Positions 1 to 60,331 of a stretch of DNA of 64,000 bases are shown piece by piece. The stretch is from contig OZ024754.1 of NCBI GenBank assembly GCA_964016885.1, forward strand, positions 36,952,001 through 37,016,000, read 5' to 3'. Under the pieces are notes generated by a model, which ran no database searches, had not been told where the DNA came from, and worked only from the letters and a program-made list of their open reading frames with translations. Both the position numbers and the translations under genes were made by a program. Source of the stretch: Eledone cirrhosa. Taxonomy: Eukaryota. The number at the start of each line of letters is the position of its first letter. The stretch's first letter is position 1.

Positions 1-218
1 CAATTGCAGACAACAGCAGGGATGATGAATGAGGGAAAGGAGATAAAGGAGATAAAGGAAGAGAAGAGGGAGAAGTAAAGGGAGAAGGAAAAGGAGAAGA
101 GAAAGAGGAGAAGGAAAAGGAGAAGAGAAAGAGGAGGAGGAATAGAAGAAGAGTGAGAAGAAGAGTGAGAAGGAATAGAAGGAGAAGAGGGTCAATGAAG
201 AAGTTAAAGACCAGATCA

Positions 219-434
219 TTAACTCTTAACATCCAGTGCAACATGAAACCAAATTAACAAGGTATTCTTTAACAGTACAAAGCTGTAACTACAGTACATT
301 AAAAATTAAGGTCTTTACTCTAATATTTAAACTTTTCACAATGATCTATCCACTAGTAAAGATACCATAAATATTTGAATTAAATTCATTTTTAGTTATT
401 TTCTGTTAAACCATAGCGGGATGTTAAGAGTTAA
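219..434. mobile_element. TTAA-flanked MITE, family A (related copies about 2534-3333 and 22131-23231)
   Basis: Terminal inverted repeats ttaactcttaacatcc ... ggatgttaagagttaa. Confidence 0.7.
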
Positions 435-774
435 AGGAGAATATAATAGAAAAAGGAATAAATATGTGCATCTGTTTATATTTTAAGCTGTACCATTTCA
501 TGTCAGTCGTATTTTCCTATCACAACCACAGAATATGACAGATGTTCACTCAGTGTAATATCTCATCAGGACACCAGTAGAAAGAAGAAAGTGGGTTTAC
601 TAAATACCTTCAAATTCTTCATTATTTAAAAAAAATTAACCTCTTTGATACCAGACCACCTGAAACACACATACACAAACACACATAGAAACGCACACAC
701 ACACACACACAAACACACATAGAGAGAGAGAGAGCAATAGAAACACCTGTTCATTAGATTTGAAAGATATTCAC

Positions 775-46070
<45,296 letters not shown>

Positions 46071-46807
46071 CTGAAACAAAAGAAAATGGAGAATTGTTTA
46101 GTTGTTGTCAGTATTGATAAAGAGAAATGGAAGAATCAGTACTGAGGTTAACCTTTTAGACACCAAACAGCCTAATACCACCCTAGATTCTACAATACAA
46201 AACTGCTTTAAAGTATTTATACTTTCTAAAACCTTCATTCGCATTTTTATGCAAGAACCTTTGTTAAGTTATGTTCCAAAGACCTACTTAATAATGAATT
46301 ATATTACTAAATCCCTCTGAATTCTTGGTTATTTTCAAAATGGTTATAAAATCTTAGACTGTCTGACACTAGAAATATGGTAAGGAAGGAGTTAAGAAAC
46401 ACAGAAGCTGGAAGTCTCTAATTACAGTGTTTGCTGTAGTAATCTACATCCACAGAAGCCATCATCATCATCGTCACCATCATTTAGCACTGTGAATCAA
46501 ACAAGTGGTAACTTCATTACTGATTCATCATCATCACTGTGATCATGAAATGAAACAGAGGACCACATCTCACTCAATACCTTCCTATTTTGGCATAGTC
46601 TCTACAGCTGGATGTCCTTCCTAATGTCAACCACTTTACAAGGTGTAGCGAGGGACCCCACACCAGAGAAGTTGTCATGTCCTAGAAGTGAATAAAGACT
46701 TGTATACTGCATCTCATTTATCTTCAAATGGTAGTCCTTTACAGAGAGTACAGGGTGACTGTTAGAGTGGCACCTGCACCAGAGAGGTTGTCATGTCTTA
46801 GGAATAA

Positions 46808-47065
46808 GAGTGATCAGGTGCAGTTTACTTGGGAGGAAATTACATCGGTATGGTCATGTGATGCACATGAAAGACGACAGCTCAATAAAAAAGTGTAGGG
46901 CGATCAAAATTGACGGAAGCTACGGGATAGGTAGAGCCACAAAAACCTTGGACGACATAAAATCTGACCTTGCACACTTACACCTCTCTAAGACAATGTC
47001 ACTGGATCAAGATCTTTGGCGCTACGCAGTAATACAGAAGACCGTCTTCCCTTACATACGAAGTT
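46808..47065 (+). mobile_element. RTE-type LINE 3' fragment
   Basis: RKLHRYGHVMHMKDDSSIKKCRAIKIDG; paralogous to 53467-54050. Confidence 0.85.
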
Positions 47066-48017
47066 AAACCTATAGTCAGTAGGCCCCTTTTAACCAAATA
47101 TACACCCCAACCCACTACCCCTACTCCATCCGCCCACTCCCACCAACACCTCCCTTTCTCTGTAAAGTTATGTTGGTACCACAGAACATCCAGTCCAAAC
47201 TAAAGAGGTTGTGTAGTTGTCATGACAAAAAGCACCCAGTCCGCGCTGTTAAGTGGTTGTGTAAGAGACACGGTAAAAAGGCTTCCAGAACACACTGTAA
47301 ATTTGGTTGGTGTTTGGAAGGGCATCCAGCCGTAGAAAACCTGCCAGATACAGAGCAAGACACAGTCACCCAATCAATGTTGCCTCAAATGGAACAATTC
47401 CCATCTAACCCATGCTAGCGTGGAATATAGACGTTAAACGGTGACATTCTGTTGTTTGGCCAGTTTACAAACTGCACTAAATGCTTATGTATTGATATTG
47501 ATACAATGGAAGATGCTTGGTTCCAAGAAGGTGATGAGGAGTGCTGGTTAAGCAGGACATTATACATTAATCCTTTTAATGGTTATATCTGGCCAGAATT
47601 CTCTCACCACTTTCTCTTCAAATCGACCATAACTTGCCACTCATACTGATGTTAAGGTTTTGTTCTCAAAATAAATAATATCAAAATCACATAGATTCAA
47701 TATTGTGAGGTAAAGCCATGAAAATATAATAGTAAATATAGAGTGGTTGGTGTTGGGAAGGGCACCCAGCCGTAGAAAACCCGCCAGACGTGTAGGTGTC
47801 ACGACAAAAAAAACACACAGTCCACGCTGTAATGTGGCCGTGTAGGTAACACGGTAAAAACCTCCCAGTCCACACTGTAAACGTGGTTGGTGTTAGGAAG
47901 GGCATCCAGCCGTAGAAAACCCGCCAGACAGTCCTATACGAGCAGGACAACCAATCTTGCCTCAAGTGGGAAAACTCCCATCCAAACCCATGCAAGCGTG
48001 GAAGATGAACATTAAAC

Positions 48018-48049
<32 letters not shown>

Positions 48050-48299
48050 GAGTAATGAAAATGTTAAAGAGTTAAAGTAAATATTTTGGGCAAGTATCAA
48101 TACCATCTTTTGCTGGTTACAGAGAGAAAGAGAGAGAAAGGGATGGGAAGAAAGTAAAAGTTCTTGCTACCTCTCTTTAAAATAGCAGAATTTAATAACC
48201 AATGATGTTTGTTAAACAATGATGATGATGTTTAGTAGATAATCAATAAGGCTAATCTACTGAAGTAATAAATCAGCCATTTTGGGCTACATAAACTGA

Positions 48300-48720
48300 A
48301 TTTGTGTTTGTCTGCACAGCATTAGAGGAAGTATGCTGCACAACTGAACAAAAACAGTGGTGAAGGAAATGTACTGCGTGAATGACCAAGTATAGACGAG
48401 TTGAGAGTGAAACTGTGTATAAGAGGGATAAACTGTAGTGCGCAGGAGAGAAGACTGAGATGGTATGGACATGTGATGCGCATGGATGATGACCGCTGGG
48501 TAAAGAAGTGCCAAGAAATCCCAGTGGAAGGAAGACGCAGTAGAGGAAGACCACGAAAATCATGGGTGGAGGTGGTGAGAGCTGACCTTAGATTGCTGAA
48601 GCTCATGGAGGAGATGACGAAGCACCGTGACGAATAAAGAGATGCTGTGCTGAAAAGGACCCGTCCCACACTTGCAAGCAGGGAAAAGCGGACATAAAAT
48701 GATGATGATGATGATGATGC
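48300..48720 (+). mobile_element. RTE-type LINE 3' end with (TGA)n tail
   Basis: QERRLRWYGHVMRMDDDRWVKKC..GRRSRGRPRKSW. Confidence 0.9.
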
Positions 48721-50144
48721 AGCAGTGAACGAAGCATGCTACACAATTGCACATATTTGAAATTAATTTTCACTAACTTCTATGATATATAAACAGAGAA
48801 TAGTCAGTAATTCAATGCTAATGATACCATGTTATACATACACGTATGGCTTAGGGGTAAGTATGTTGGACTTATGATCATAGTATCATGGGTTCGATTG
48901 TCCGACTGGGTTGAGTGTTGTGTTCTTCAGCAAAACACTTCATTTCATGTTGCTCCAGTATACTCAGCTGAAAATGAGTACCAGCAGTAGCTGGGAGTTT
49001 AGCCTTGCGATGGATGGGTGTCTAGTCCAGGAGGGAGTCTAGTACTCTCAGTCGCTTAAGTCCACAGAAAACTGGGATAAACATCAGCCTGAGTCTCCTG
49101 GCTCGAGTCAGACTTTAGACTTGTTTTTAGACGAGATACAAGCAGTGACATGTATCTATATGATGAACTTCCTCACAGTTTCCATCTACCAACCCCACAC
49201 AATAGAATGGAACCTAAAATCGTGTGGTTGCAACTCTTAACACGGCCATGCTTGCACCCATAAAAAAATTGTACCTGGCAATCAACCAGATATACACTTA
49301 ATCAGATATATGGAAAAATCCCAAAAGTAAGTGTACGACTGAATGTTGTACAAGGTTTGCTGGTCACTGCTTCAGTGAAAAAGATGGTTTTAGACCTCTT
49401 GTTGTGAGAGGTCTCCTTTACCAGAAAACTCAAATACCAGGATACCAAAGAGACACTGGAATTGACATGGATGACCTACAAACCTTGATGGGAAACAGAT
49501 TGTTGGTGTGAAGTTGTGCTTGCTGTCTTACCTAAGGGTAATAGATTAGATAAGATATAACCTATTGTGACAGGTGAAACAGCAAGCGGCAGCATAGCAG
49601 CTGTGAAATCTCAGCGAAAGAGTCACCCACTAACTAAAGACAACAATCACACAATATTGGGCAGAAGAACCTGGCCAGGACCACCAGGTTCTCTGGATGC
49701 TATAGACATGGGCAGAGAAACGTCCCTAATATCAATGGCTAAGATGATCACCAAGTTCCCCAACTATATTACTGCTAATATCTATAGCCCTAGGCAGAGG
49801 AACCTCTCTGAGGTCAACATCCAGGATCACCAAATTCTGCAAATATATTACTGCTAACATATACAAACTTGGCAACCAAAAATGTTATTAAACTATTAAA
49901 ATATTTTAAATGATTCAGACTAAAACCAGTTTATCATCCCACATCACGTGTCACACAAATAACAAAGAGACATGCTGCTGTGGCTGCAATTAAGACCCAA
50001 TGTTCAAAAACCTCAGCTACAGAGGCCCAACTAAACTCTATAAGTCAAGTAAGTTCAACCAGATGACATATATATTTAACAATATTAACTACAAAAAGGT
50101 TAATACAGAGAATTAAAAGTTCATTAGAATAGTTTTAAATTGTT

Positions 50145-51050
50145 AACTCTTTTGATACCAAACTAATTGAAACCAGCCCTAGTTCTACGATATATCATCA
50201 CCAAACCGCCTGAAACCGGCTCTAGTTTTACGATACATCATCACCATACTGCTGCCCTAGTTTCTATGATTCATAATCACCAAACTGCCTCAAACGGGCC
50301 CTAGTTATATGATTCATTATCACCAAACTGCCTGATACCAGTCCTAGTTCTATGATATATCATCACCAAACTGCCTGAAACCAGTCCTAGTTCTATGATA
50401 TATCATCACCAAACTGCCTGAAACCAGTCCTAGTTCTATGATATATCATCACCAAACTGCCTGAAACCAGTCCTAGTTCTATGATATATCATCACCAAAC
50501 TGCCTGAAACCAGTCCTAGTTCTATGATATATCATCACCAAACTGCCTGAAACCAGTCCTAGTTCTATGATATATCATCACCAAACTGCCTGAAACCAGT
50601 CCTAGTTCTATGATATATCATCACCAAACTGCCTGAAACCAGTCCTAGTTCTGCGATACATCATCACCAAACTGCCTCAAACTGGCCCTAGTTTCTAAGA
50701 TTCATTATCACCAAACTGCCTGAAACCGGCCCTAGTTCTGCGATACATCATCACCAAACTGCCTGAAACCGGCCCTAGTTCTGCGATACATCATCACCAA
50801 ACTGCCTGAAACCGGCCCTAGTTCTGCGATACATCATCACCAAACTGCCTGAAACTGGCCCTAGTTCTACGATACATCATCACCAAACTGCCTGAAACTG
50901 GCCCTAGTTCTACGATACATCATCACCAAACTGCCTGAAACTGGTCCTAGTTCTACGATACACCATCAGCAAACTACCTGAAACTGGCCCTAGTTCTATG
51001 ATACATCATCACCAAACTGCCTGAAACTGATCCTAGTTCTACGATACACC
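50145..51050. repeat. 43-bp minisatellite (catcaccaaactgcctgaaaccagtcctagttctatgatatat)
   Basis: About 20 tandem units. Confidence 0.95.
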
Positions 51051-51721
51051 CTCATCTCATCATGCTTATTGCATGGATCACTTTGACCATTCTCTCCATT
51101 CTGAAGGTATGTTTCTCTTAGGTTTTATACTATGTGAGATAATTATGTGAGGTAAAAACTTTACCATGGAAATATAATAGTATATATAGAGTAATGTAAA
51201 TACTAAAAGATTAAATATCTTAGCAAGCAACCCTGAAGGTATGTTATATATGTTGCTATATATTGAAAATTAAAATATGTTATAGATTCTGTGCATACGT
51301 GCTGACTTTTTAATCTATATAAGTTAGAGAGAGAGATCAAAGACAAATAAGCAAATAATTAAAATACTAAGATTAAATATAGTGCATGCTATTAGTACAT
51401 CTTTTACAGCCATTGTAATGGCTATCTCTCATTGTCTAATGAATGTTACTTGGGCAAGAAAAGTGCAAGGTTCGAAAATGTTGAGTCTGTCCACAACAAA
51501 TAATATCGATAGCATGTGAATACTGAGTCATAGGAGTTTATGTATTCTTGTTAAATAGGCTGAATGTATAATATACCTTGTGTGTGAGTGTGTGTGTGAG
51601 TGAGTGTGTGAGTGAGTGTGTGAGTGCTCGCAGGCTAGATAGAGTTTATAGCTACACATGGTTGCATTTTTAACTTGTTACATTCAGTAACAGAGCAACT
51701 AGATCAATGTGACGGTGATGA

Positions 51722-51769
<48 letters not shown>

Positions 51770-52009
51770 GCACACGGTAAAAAGGCTCCTAGTCCACACT
51801 GTAGAGGTAGTTGGTGTTAGGAAGGGCATCAGGCCATAGAAAACCTGCCGGAGACACTTCTGTACGAGCGAGACACGGTCTCACGATCAATCTCACATCA
51901 AATAGAACAAAACCGTCTAACCCATGCTAGCGTGGAAGATGAACATTAAACGATGATGATGATGATGACATATATATATGGTATGGCATGGCATGGTCCC
52001 GTAACTCTT

Positions 52010-52640
52010 GAGGGAGTCGTTGGGGCATCGTATTGACATACGGCATTACAAGAAGCTGCAAAACAATCCATGATGTGTTGCATGTCATCTTGAGAGTGAG
52101 CCATAAAGGCAACTTTGTATACAGGAGTTCTCTAATTAGTATTTGGAACACTTTGGACTTGAGATTAAACCTTCTTAGGTCAAAGATTCTTCCTGTAGTT
52201 CAAACTTGCAATAGAACACCCTTTGCACAGTCCTGGAATGCATGAGTCAGCATCACAGCAAATATGTAAACAGTGTGGGAGCTTGGATATCTCCCTGCTT
52301 CATGCCATTGTCAACTGGGATTTCATTGGATAATTCTCCCTTCAAGACAACCCGAATCTTTGTGCAGATGGACGAAAATATCTATTGACTTTGGTAGGTA
52401 ACTTATTTTCCCTAGTCTTTTCCACAGCGCATATTAAAGGCCTTTGTTAGATCAACAAAAACCTGATACAGAGGAACCCACTGCTCAATACATTTCTCCT
52501 CTATCTGCCTTGCAGAGAACATATCAATCAATAGTATCAACCTATTCAACAATAATCTATCAAGAACTTTGGCCTCAGATTCCAACAGGGTGATGCCTTG
52601 GTAGTGATTGCAAATTTTGGCAGGATTCCTCAGAGCCTAA
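52010..52640 (-). mobile_element. Degenerate LINE reverse transcriptase fragment
   Basis: CNHYQGITLL, QVFVDLTKAF and IPVDNGMKQGD motifs. Confidence 0.8.
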
Positions 52641-52939
52641 TAAATACAATGTTGAGTATAAGCTACACAGAAACCTAGTCACACGAACAATCTATATATA
52701 TATATATATATATTTCGTTTCTGAATTTGTTTAGCAAGATTCTTTATCTGAAATCGTGTGTTGAAACCGATATTGTTATACTTTGGGAGGGTCATGTTGC
52801 CAATAAGAAACACACGCACCAGTTGCTTTCACTTCAATTTATTATATATTTATAAATTTATAAATTTACAAATCTACAAACTTATAAATTTATGGTTGGT
52901 TGGTTGGTTGGTTCCACAACCAGATAGTTGTTTATATAT

Positions 52940-52984
52940 AGTCATAGTCCTTTCGTCACACACTCTGTGACCTCTTCAGTGACT
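52940..52984 (-). ncRNA. Minimal type I hammerhead ribozyme motif
   Basis: aguca-CUGAAGA-g-gucaca-gagug-ugugac-GAAA-ggac-UA-ugacu. Confidence 0.6.
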
Positions 52985-53466
52985 GGGGATTCCTTTCTTT
53001 GTTTCTGTGCCTTTCCTTTCTTCTGTCCTACGCCATTTTGTTTCAACATATATATACACATATATATATACACATATATATCATCATCATCATCAACGTT
53101 TAACGTCCGTGTTCCACGCTTGCATGGGTTTGGACGGGGGTAGTCCCACTTGAGGCAAGAGTGATTGTCTTGCTCGCATAGGACTGTCTGGCACATTTTC
53201 TACAGTTGGATGCCCTTCCTAACACCAACCACATTTACAGTGTGGGTCTGGGAGATTTTTACCGTGTTGCCTACACGGCCACATTACAGCGTGGACTGTG
53301 TGTTTTTTTGTCGTGACACCTACACGATCTCATTTGTTTCAGCCTGGATGGTGTGGCACCAACATAACTTTACATAGGAGGGGGTGGTGTGGATGGGGTG
53401 GGGGTGGTGGGACGGGGTGTATTTTGTTAGAGTTGCCTACTGGCTGTAGTAGGTTTTACTATGTAT

Positions 53467-54050
53467 TTAGGTAAGGCGGGTCTTCTCTATTACTGAGTAC
53501 CGCCAAAGGTCTCGGTCCAGTGACATTGTCTTGGAGAGGTGTAAGTGTGTGAGGTCGGAGTTTATCAGCTCGTCCCAGGATTTTCTAGGTCTGCCTATTC
53601 CGTGGCTACCGTCTATCTTTATTGCCCTGCACTTTGTTATACAGCTATCGACTTTCATGCGCATCACGTGTCCATACCAACGTAGCCTTCTCTTGAGTAA
53701 ACAACATCTGATCCCTCTTATTTCTAATTTTTTCCTTAGTTTGTTTATGCTTTGCCGTTCACGTATATTACTATTACACATCCCGCGGAGCATGCAAGCT
53801 TCGTTCCTCTCTAGTCTGCGTATATCCTCTGCACACAATGCCCAGGTCTCACTGCCATGCAACATTGCTGTTCGTATGCAGGCATCATACAACCTGCCTT
53901 TCATTTTTAGGGAGAACCCTTTAGCGGCTAATAGTGGTATAAGCTCTCTGAACTTTTTCCATCCAGTTCTGACTCTAGCTACTGTACTTTCAGAGCACCC
54001 TCCCCCAGTGCTGATTTTGTCACCCAGGTAACGGAAGCTATCCACTATTT
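53467..54050 (-). mobile_element. RTE-type LINE 3' fragment with open frame
   Basis: [11 protein letters not shown]...AMLHGSETWAL...RRLRWYGHVMRM...GRPRKSW. Confidence 0.92.
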
Positions 54051-54051
54051 C

Positions 54052-56665
54052 TATATACACATATATATATACACATATATATATATACACATATATATAT
54101 ATATACATATATATATTTCAACATATATATATACACATATATATATATACACATATATATATATACACATATATATATATATACACATATATATATATAT
54201 ACACATATATATATATACACATATATATATATATACACATATATATATATATACACATATATATATATATACACATATATATATATATACACATATATAT
54301 ATATATACACATATATATATATATACACATATATATATATATACACATATATATATATACACACATATATATATATACACACATATATATATATATACAC
54401 ATATATATATATACACACATATATATATATACATATATATATATACACACATATATATACACACATATATATATATACACATATATATATATACACATAT
54501 ATATATATACACATATATATACACACATATATATATATACACATATATATATACACATATATATATACACATATATATATACACATATATATATATACAC
54601 ATATATATATATATACACATATATATATATATACACATATATATATATATATACACATATATATACACATATATATATACACATATATATATACACATAT
54701 ATATATACACATATATATATACACATATATATATACACATATATATATACACATATATATATACACATATATATATACACATATATATATACACATATAT
54801 ATATACACATATATATATATACACATATATATATATACACACATATATATATATACACATATATATATATATACACATATATATATACACATATATATAT
54901 ACACATATATATATACACATATATATATACACATATATATACACATATATATACACATATATATATATACACATATATATATATACACATATATATATAT
55001 ACACATATATATATATACACATATATATATACACACATATATATATACACATATATATATATACACATATATATATATACACATATATATATACACATAT
55101 ATATATATACATATATATATATATACACATATATATATATACACATATATATATATATACACATATATATATATACACATATATATATATACACATATAT
55201 ATATACACATATATATATATACACATATATATATACACACATATATATATACACATATATATATACACATATATATATATATACACATATATATACACAT
55301 AAATATATATACACATATATATATATACACACATATATATATACACACATATATATATACACACATATATATACACACATATATATACACATATATATAT
55401 ACACATATATATATATACACATATATATATATATATATACACATATATATATACACACATATATATATACACATATATATATACACATATATATATATAT
55501 ATACACATATATATATACACATATATATCTATAAACATATATATAAAAATATATATATACACATATATATATATACACATATATAATGTATATATACATA
55601 TATATACACATATATATATATACACATATATATATACACATATATATACATATATATACACATATATATATACACATATATATACATATATATACACATA
55701 TATATATATACATATATATACACATATATATATACACATATATATATACACATATATATACACATATATATACACATATATATACATACATATATTTACA
55801 CATATATATACATACATATATATACACATATATATACACATATATATACACATATATATACACATATATATATACATATATATATACATACACATATATA
55901 TATATACATATATATACACATATATATATATACATATATATACACATATATATACACATATATATATATACATATATATACACATATATATATATACATA
56001 TATATATACATATATATACATACATATATATATACATATATATACACATATATATATACACATATATATATATACATATATATACACATATATATATACA
56101 CATATATATATATACATATATATACACATATATATATATACATATATATACACATATATATATATACATATATATACACATATATATACACATATATATA
56201 TATACATATATATACACATATATATATACATATATATACACATATATATACACATATATATATACATATATATACACATATATATATATACACATATATA
56301 TATATATATATACACATATATATATATATATACACATATATATATATATATATACACATATATATATATATACATATATATACACATATATATACATATA
56401 TATACACATATATATACACATATATATATACACATATATATACACATATATATACACATATATATATACACATATATATACACACATATATATACATATA
56501 TATACACATATATATACACATATATATACACATATATATACACATATATATATACATATATATACACATATATATACACATATATATATACATATATATA
56601 CACATATATATACACATATATATATACATATATATACACATATATATATACATATATATATACAT
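54052..56665. repeat. Compound TA/CA microsatellite
   Basis: Visible directly. Confidence 0.98.
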
Positions 56666-57437
56666 ATAAAAACAAATAACGAAACGAAATTAAATCTCGT
56701 TTCGCTTCTAACTCACTTTTGTATGACTGACGCTTAAACAATTAAGTTAAAGTGTACATCTACATATGTATACGGAAGTATTAGTATGCATATAAATACA
56801 CACATGTATACATATGTACATGTACTCAGCTTTTCACTAGACACTTTACAGTGAGTGTCAGCTAGTCTGTATGTAACCACACAGGCGGACCGGGTTTTAG
56901 AGTCATACGAGTTTTCAAGGAAACACATTTCCTCTATTCTCCAGAGGGCCAGACAGGAATATTGGACTAGTTTCGATGTTATTACATCTCATCAGCAATA
57001 TTTACCCATCTTCCGGCTTCTCTGGAGAATTGTAAAAGCACATATCGTTATATGCTTTTTCTATGAAAATTAGTAGTGGGTAGACTAATTTGCATAGAAC
57101 GTGAGTCATTGTACGCACCGGTTCAGCGGAAACGATAAAAACAAATAACGAAACGAAATTAAATTTCGTTTCGCTTCTAACTCACTTTTGTATGACTGAC
57201 GCTTAAACAATTAAGTTAAAGTGTACATCTACATATGTATACGGAAGTATTAGTATGCATATAAATACACACATGTATACATATGTACATGTACTCAGCT
57301 TTTCACTAGACACTTTACAGTGAGTGTCAGCTAGTCTGTATGTAACCACACAGGCGGACCGGGTTTTAGAGTCATACGAGTTTTCAAGGAAACACATTTC
57401 CTTATACATATGTAGATGTACACTTTAACTTAATTGT
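56666..57437 (-). mobile_element. Retrozyme/Penelope-like non-autonomous element: 469-bp-period partial tandem with hammerhead and terminal inverted segment
   Basis: 268-bp direct repeats 56666-56933 and 57135-57402 (one mismatch seen); hammerhead between them; 57403-57437 is the reverse complement of 57207-57241. Confidence 0.75.
56936..57030 (-). ncRNA. Type I hammerhead ribozyme with extended stem I
   Basis: aauauug-CUGAUGA-gaugu-aaua-acauc-GAAA-cuag-UC-caauauu; outer pairing auucuccagag/cucuggagaau; predicted cut between 56965 and 56964. Confidence 0.88.
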
Positions 57438-58093
57438 ATATACATATATATATATACATATATATATACATATATATATACATATATATATACATATATA
57501 TACACATATATATACACATATATATATACATATATATACACATATATATATATATACATATATATACACATATATATATACATATATATATACATATATA
57601 TACACATATATATATACACATATATACACATATATATATACACATATATATATATACATATATATACACATATATATATACATATATATATACATATATA
57701 TACATATATATACACATATATATATACATATATATAATCATATATATACACGTACATATACATACATACATACATATACACATATATATATACACATATA
57801 TACACACATTCATATATACAAATATATGTACACATACATATATACACATATATATACACGTACATATATACACATATATATACACATACATATATACACA
57901 TATATACACACATATACACACACATACACATATATATACACATACACATGTATATACATATATATATACACACATACACATGTATATACACATATACACA
58001 CATATACACACATATATATACACATATATATATACACACACACACACATGTATATACACATATATATATATACACACACATATATATATACAC

Positions 58094-58128
<35 letters not shown>

Positions 58129-58653
58129 TATATATATACACACACACATATACACATGTATATACACATACATATACACATATATATATACACACATATA
58201 TACACACATATATATATATACACATATATATATATACACACACATATATATATATATACACACATATATATATATACATATATATATACACATATATATA
58301 TACATATATATACACATATATATATACACATATATACACATATATATATACACATATATATATACATATATATATACATATATATACACATATATATACA
58401 CATATATATATACATATATATATATACATATATATATATACATATACATATACATATATATATACATATATATATATACATATATATATATATACATATA
58501 TATATATACATATATATATATACATATATATATACATATATACATATATATACATATATATACACATATATATATACATATATATATATATACATATATA
58601 TATATACATATATACATATATATACACATATATATATACATATATATATATAC

Positions 58654-58684
<31 letters not shown>

Positions 58685-58796
58685 CATATATATACACATA
58701 TATATACACATATATATATACACATATATATATACGTATATATATATATATATATACATATACATACATATATATATATAAGGGAGAATTGTATAC

Positions 58797-58841
<45 letters not shown>

Positions 58842-59388
58842 CATACATATACATATATATACATATATATATATACATACATATACATATATATACATAT
58901 ATATATACATACATATACATATATATACATATATATATACATACATATACATATATATACATATATATATACATACATATACATATATATATACATACAT
59001 ATACATATATATACATATATACATACATATACATATATATATACATACATATACATATATATACATATATACATATATATATACATATTTACATATATAT
59101 ATACATATTTACATATATATACATATATACATATATATATACATATTTACATATATATATACATATTTACATATATATACATATATACATATATATATAC
59201 ATATTTACATATATATATACATATTTACATATATATATATATACATATTTACATATATATATATATACATATTTACATATATATATACATATTTACATAT
59301 ATATATATACATATTTACATATATATATATACATATTTACATATATATATATATACATATACATATATATATATATACATATACATAT

Positions 59389-59419
<31 letters not shown>

Positions 59420-60293
59420 CATATATATACATATACATATATATATATATATACATATACATATACATATATATACATATACATATATATACATATACAT
59501 ATATATATATATACATATACATATATACATATATATACATACACATATATATATACATATATATATATACACATACATATATATATATACACATACATAT
59601 GCATACATATATACATACATATACACACATATTTATATATTTACACATACATCTACATATATATATATATACACATATATATATATATACACATATATAT
59701 ATACATATACACACACACATATATATATATATACGCATATATATATACATATACACATATATATATATATACACATACATATATATATACACATACATAT
59801 ATATACACATACATATATATACACATACATATATATATATACATACATATATATATACATACACATATATATACATACATATATATATACATACACATAT
59901 ATATACATACACATATATATACATACACATATATATACATACACATATATATACATACACATATATATATACACATATATATATACACATATATATATAT
60001 ATATATATATATACACAAATACACATATATATACATACACATACATATATATATACACATATATATATACACATATATATATACACATATATATATACAC
60101 ATATATATATATATATACACAAATACACATATATATACATACACATACATATATATATACACATATATATACATACACATATATCTATATATATATATAC
60201 ACATACATATATATATATATATATACACATACACATATATATATATACACATACATATATATATATATACACCCATATATATATATATACACC

Positions 60294-60331
<38 letters not shown>

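Noticed and set aside
499-574. CUGAUGA...GAAA on the minus strand
   Set aside because: No NUH triplet at the stem I junction and poor stem II; at best a decayed remnant.
608-660. Possible small RALGAPA exon with AG/GT boundaries
   Set aside because: Stops in all three frames; resembles the end of a TTAA repeat.
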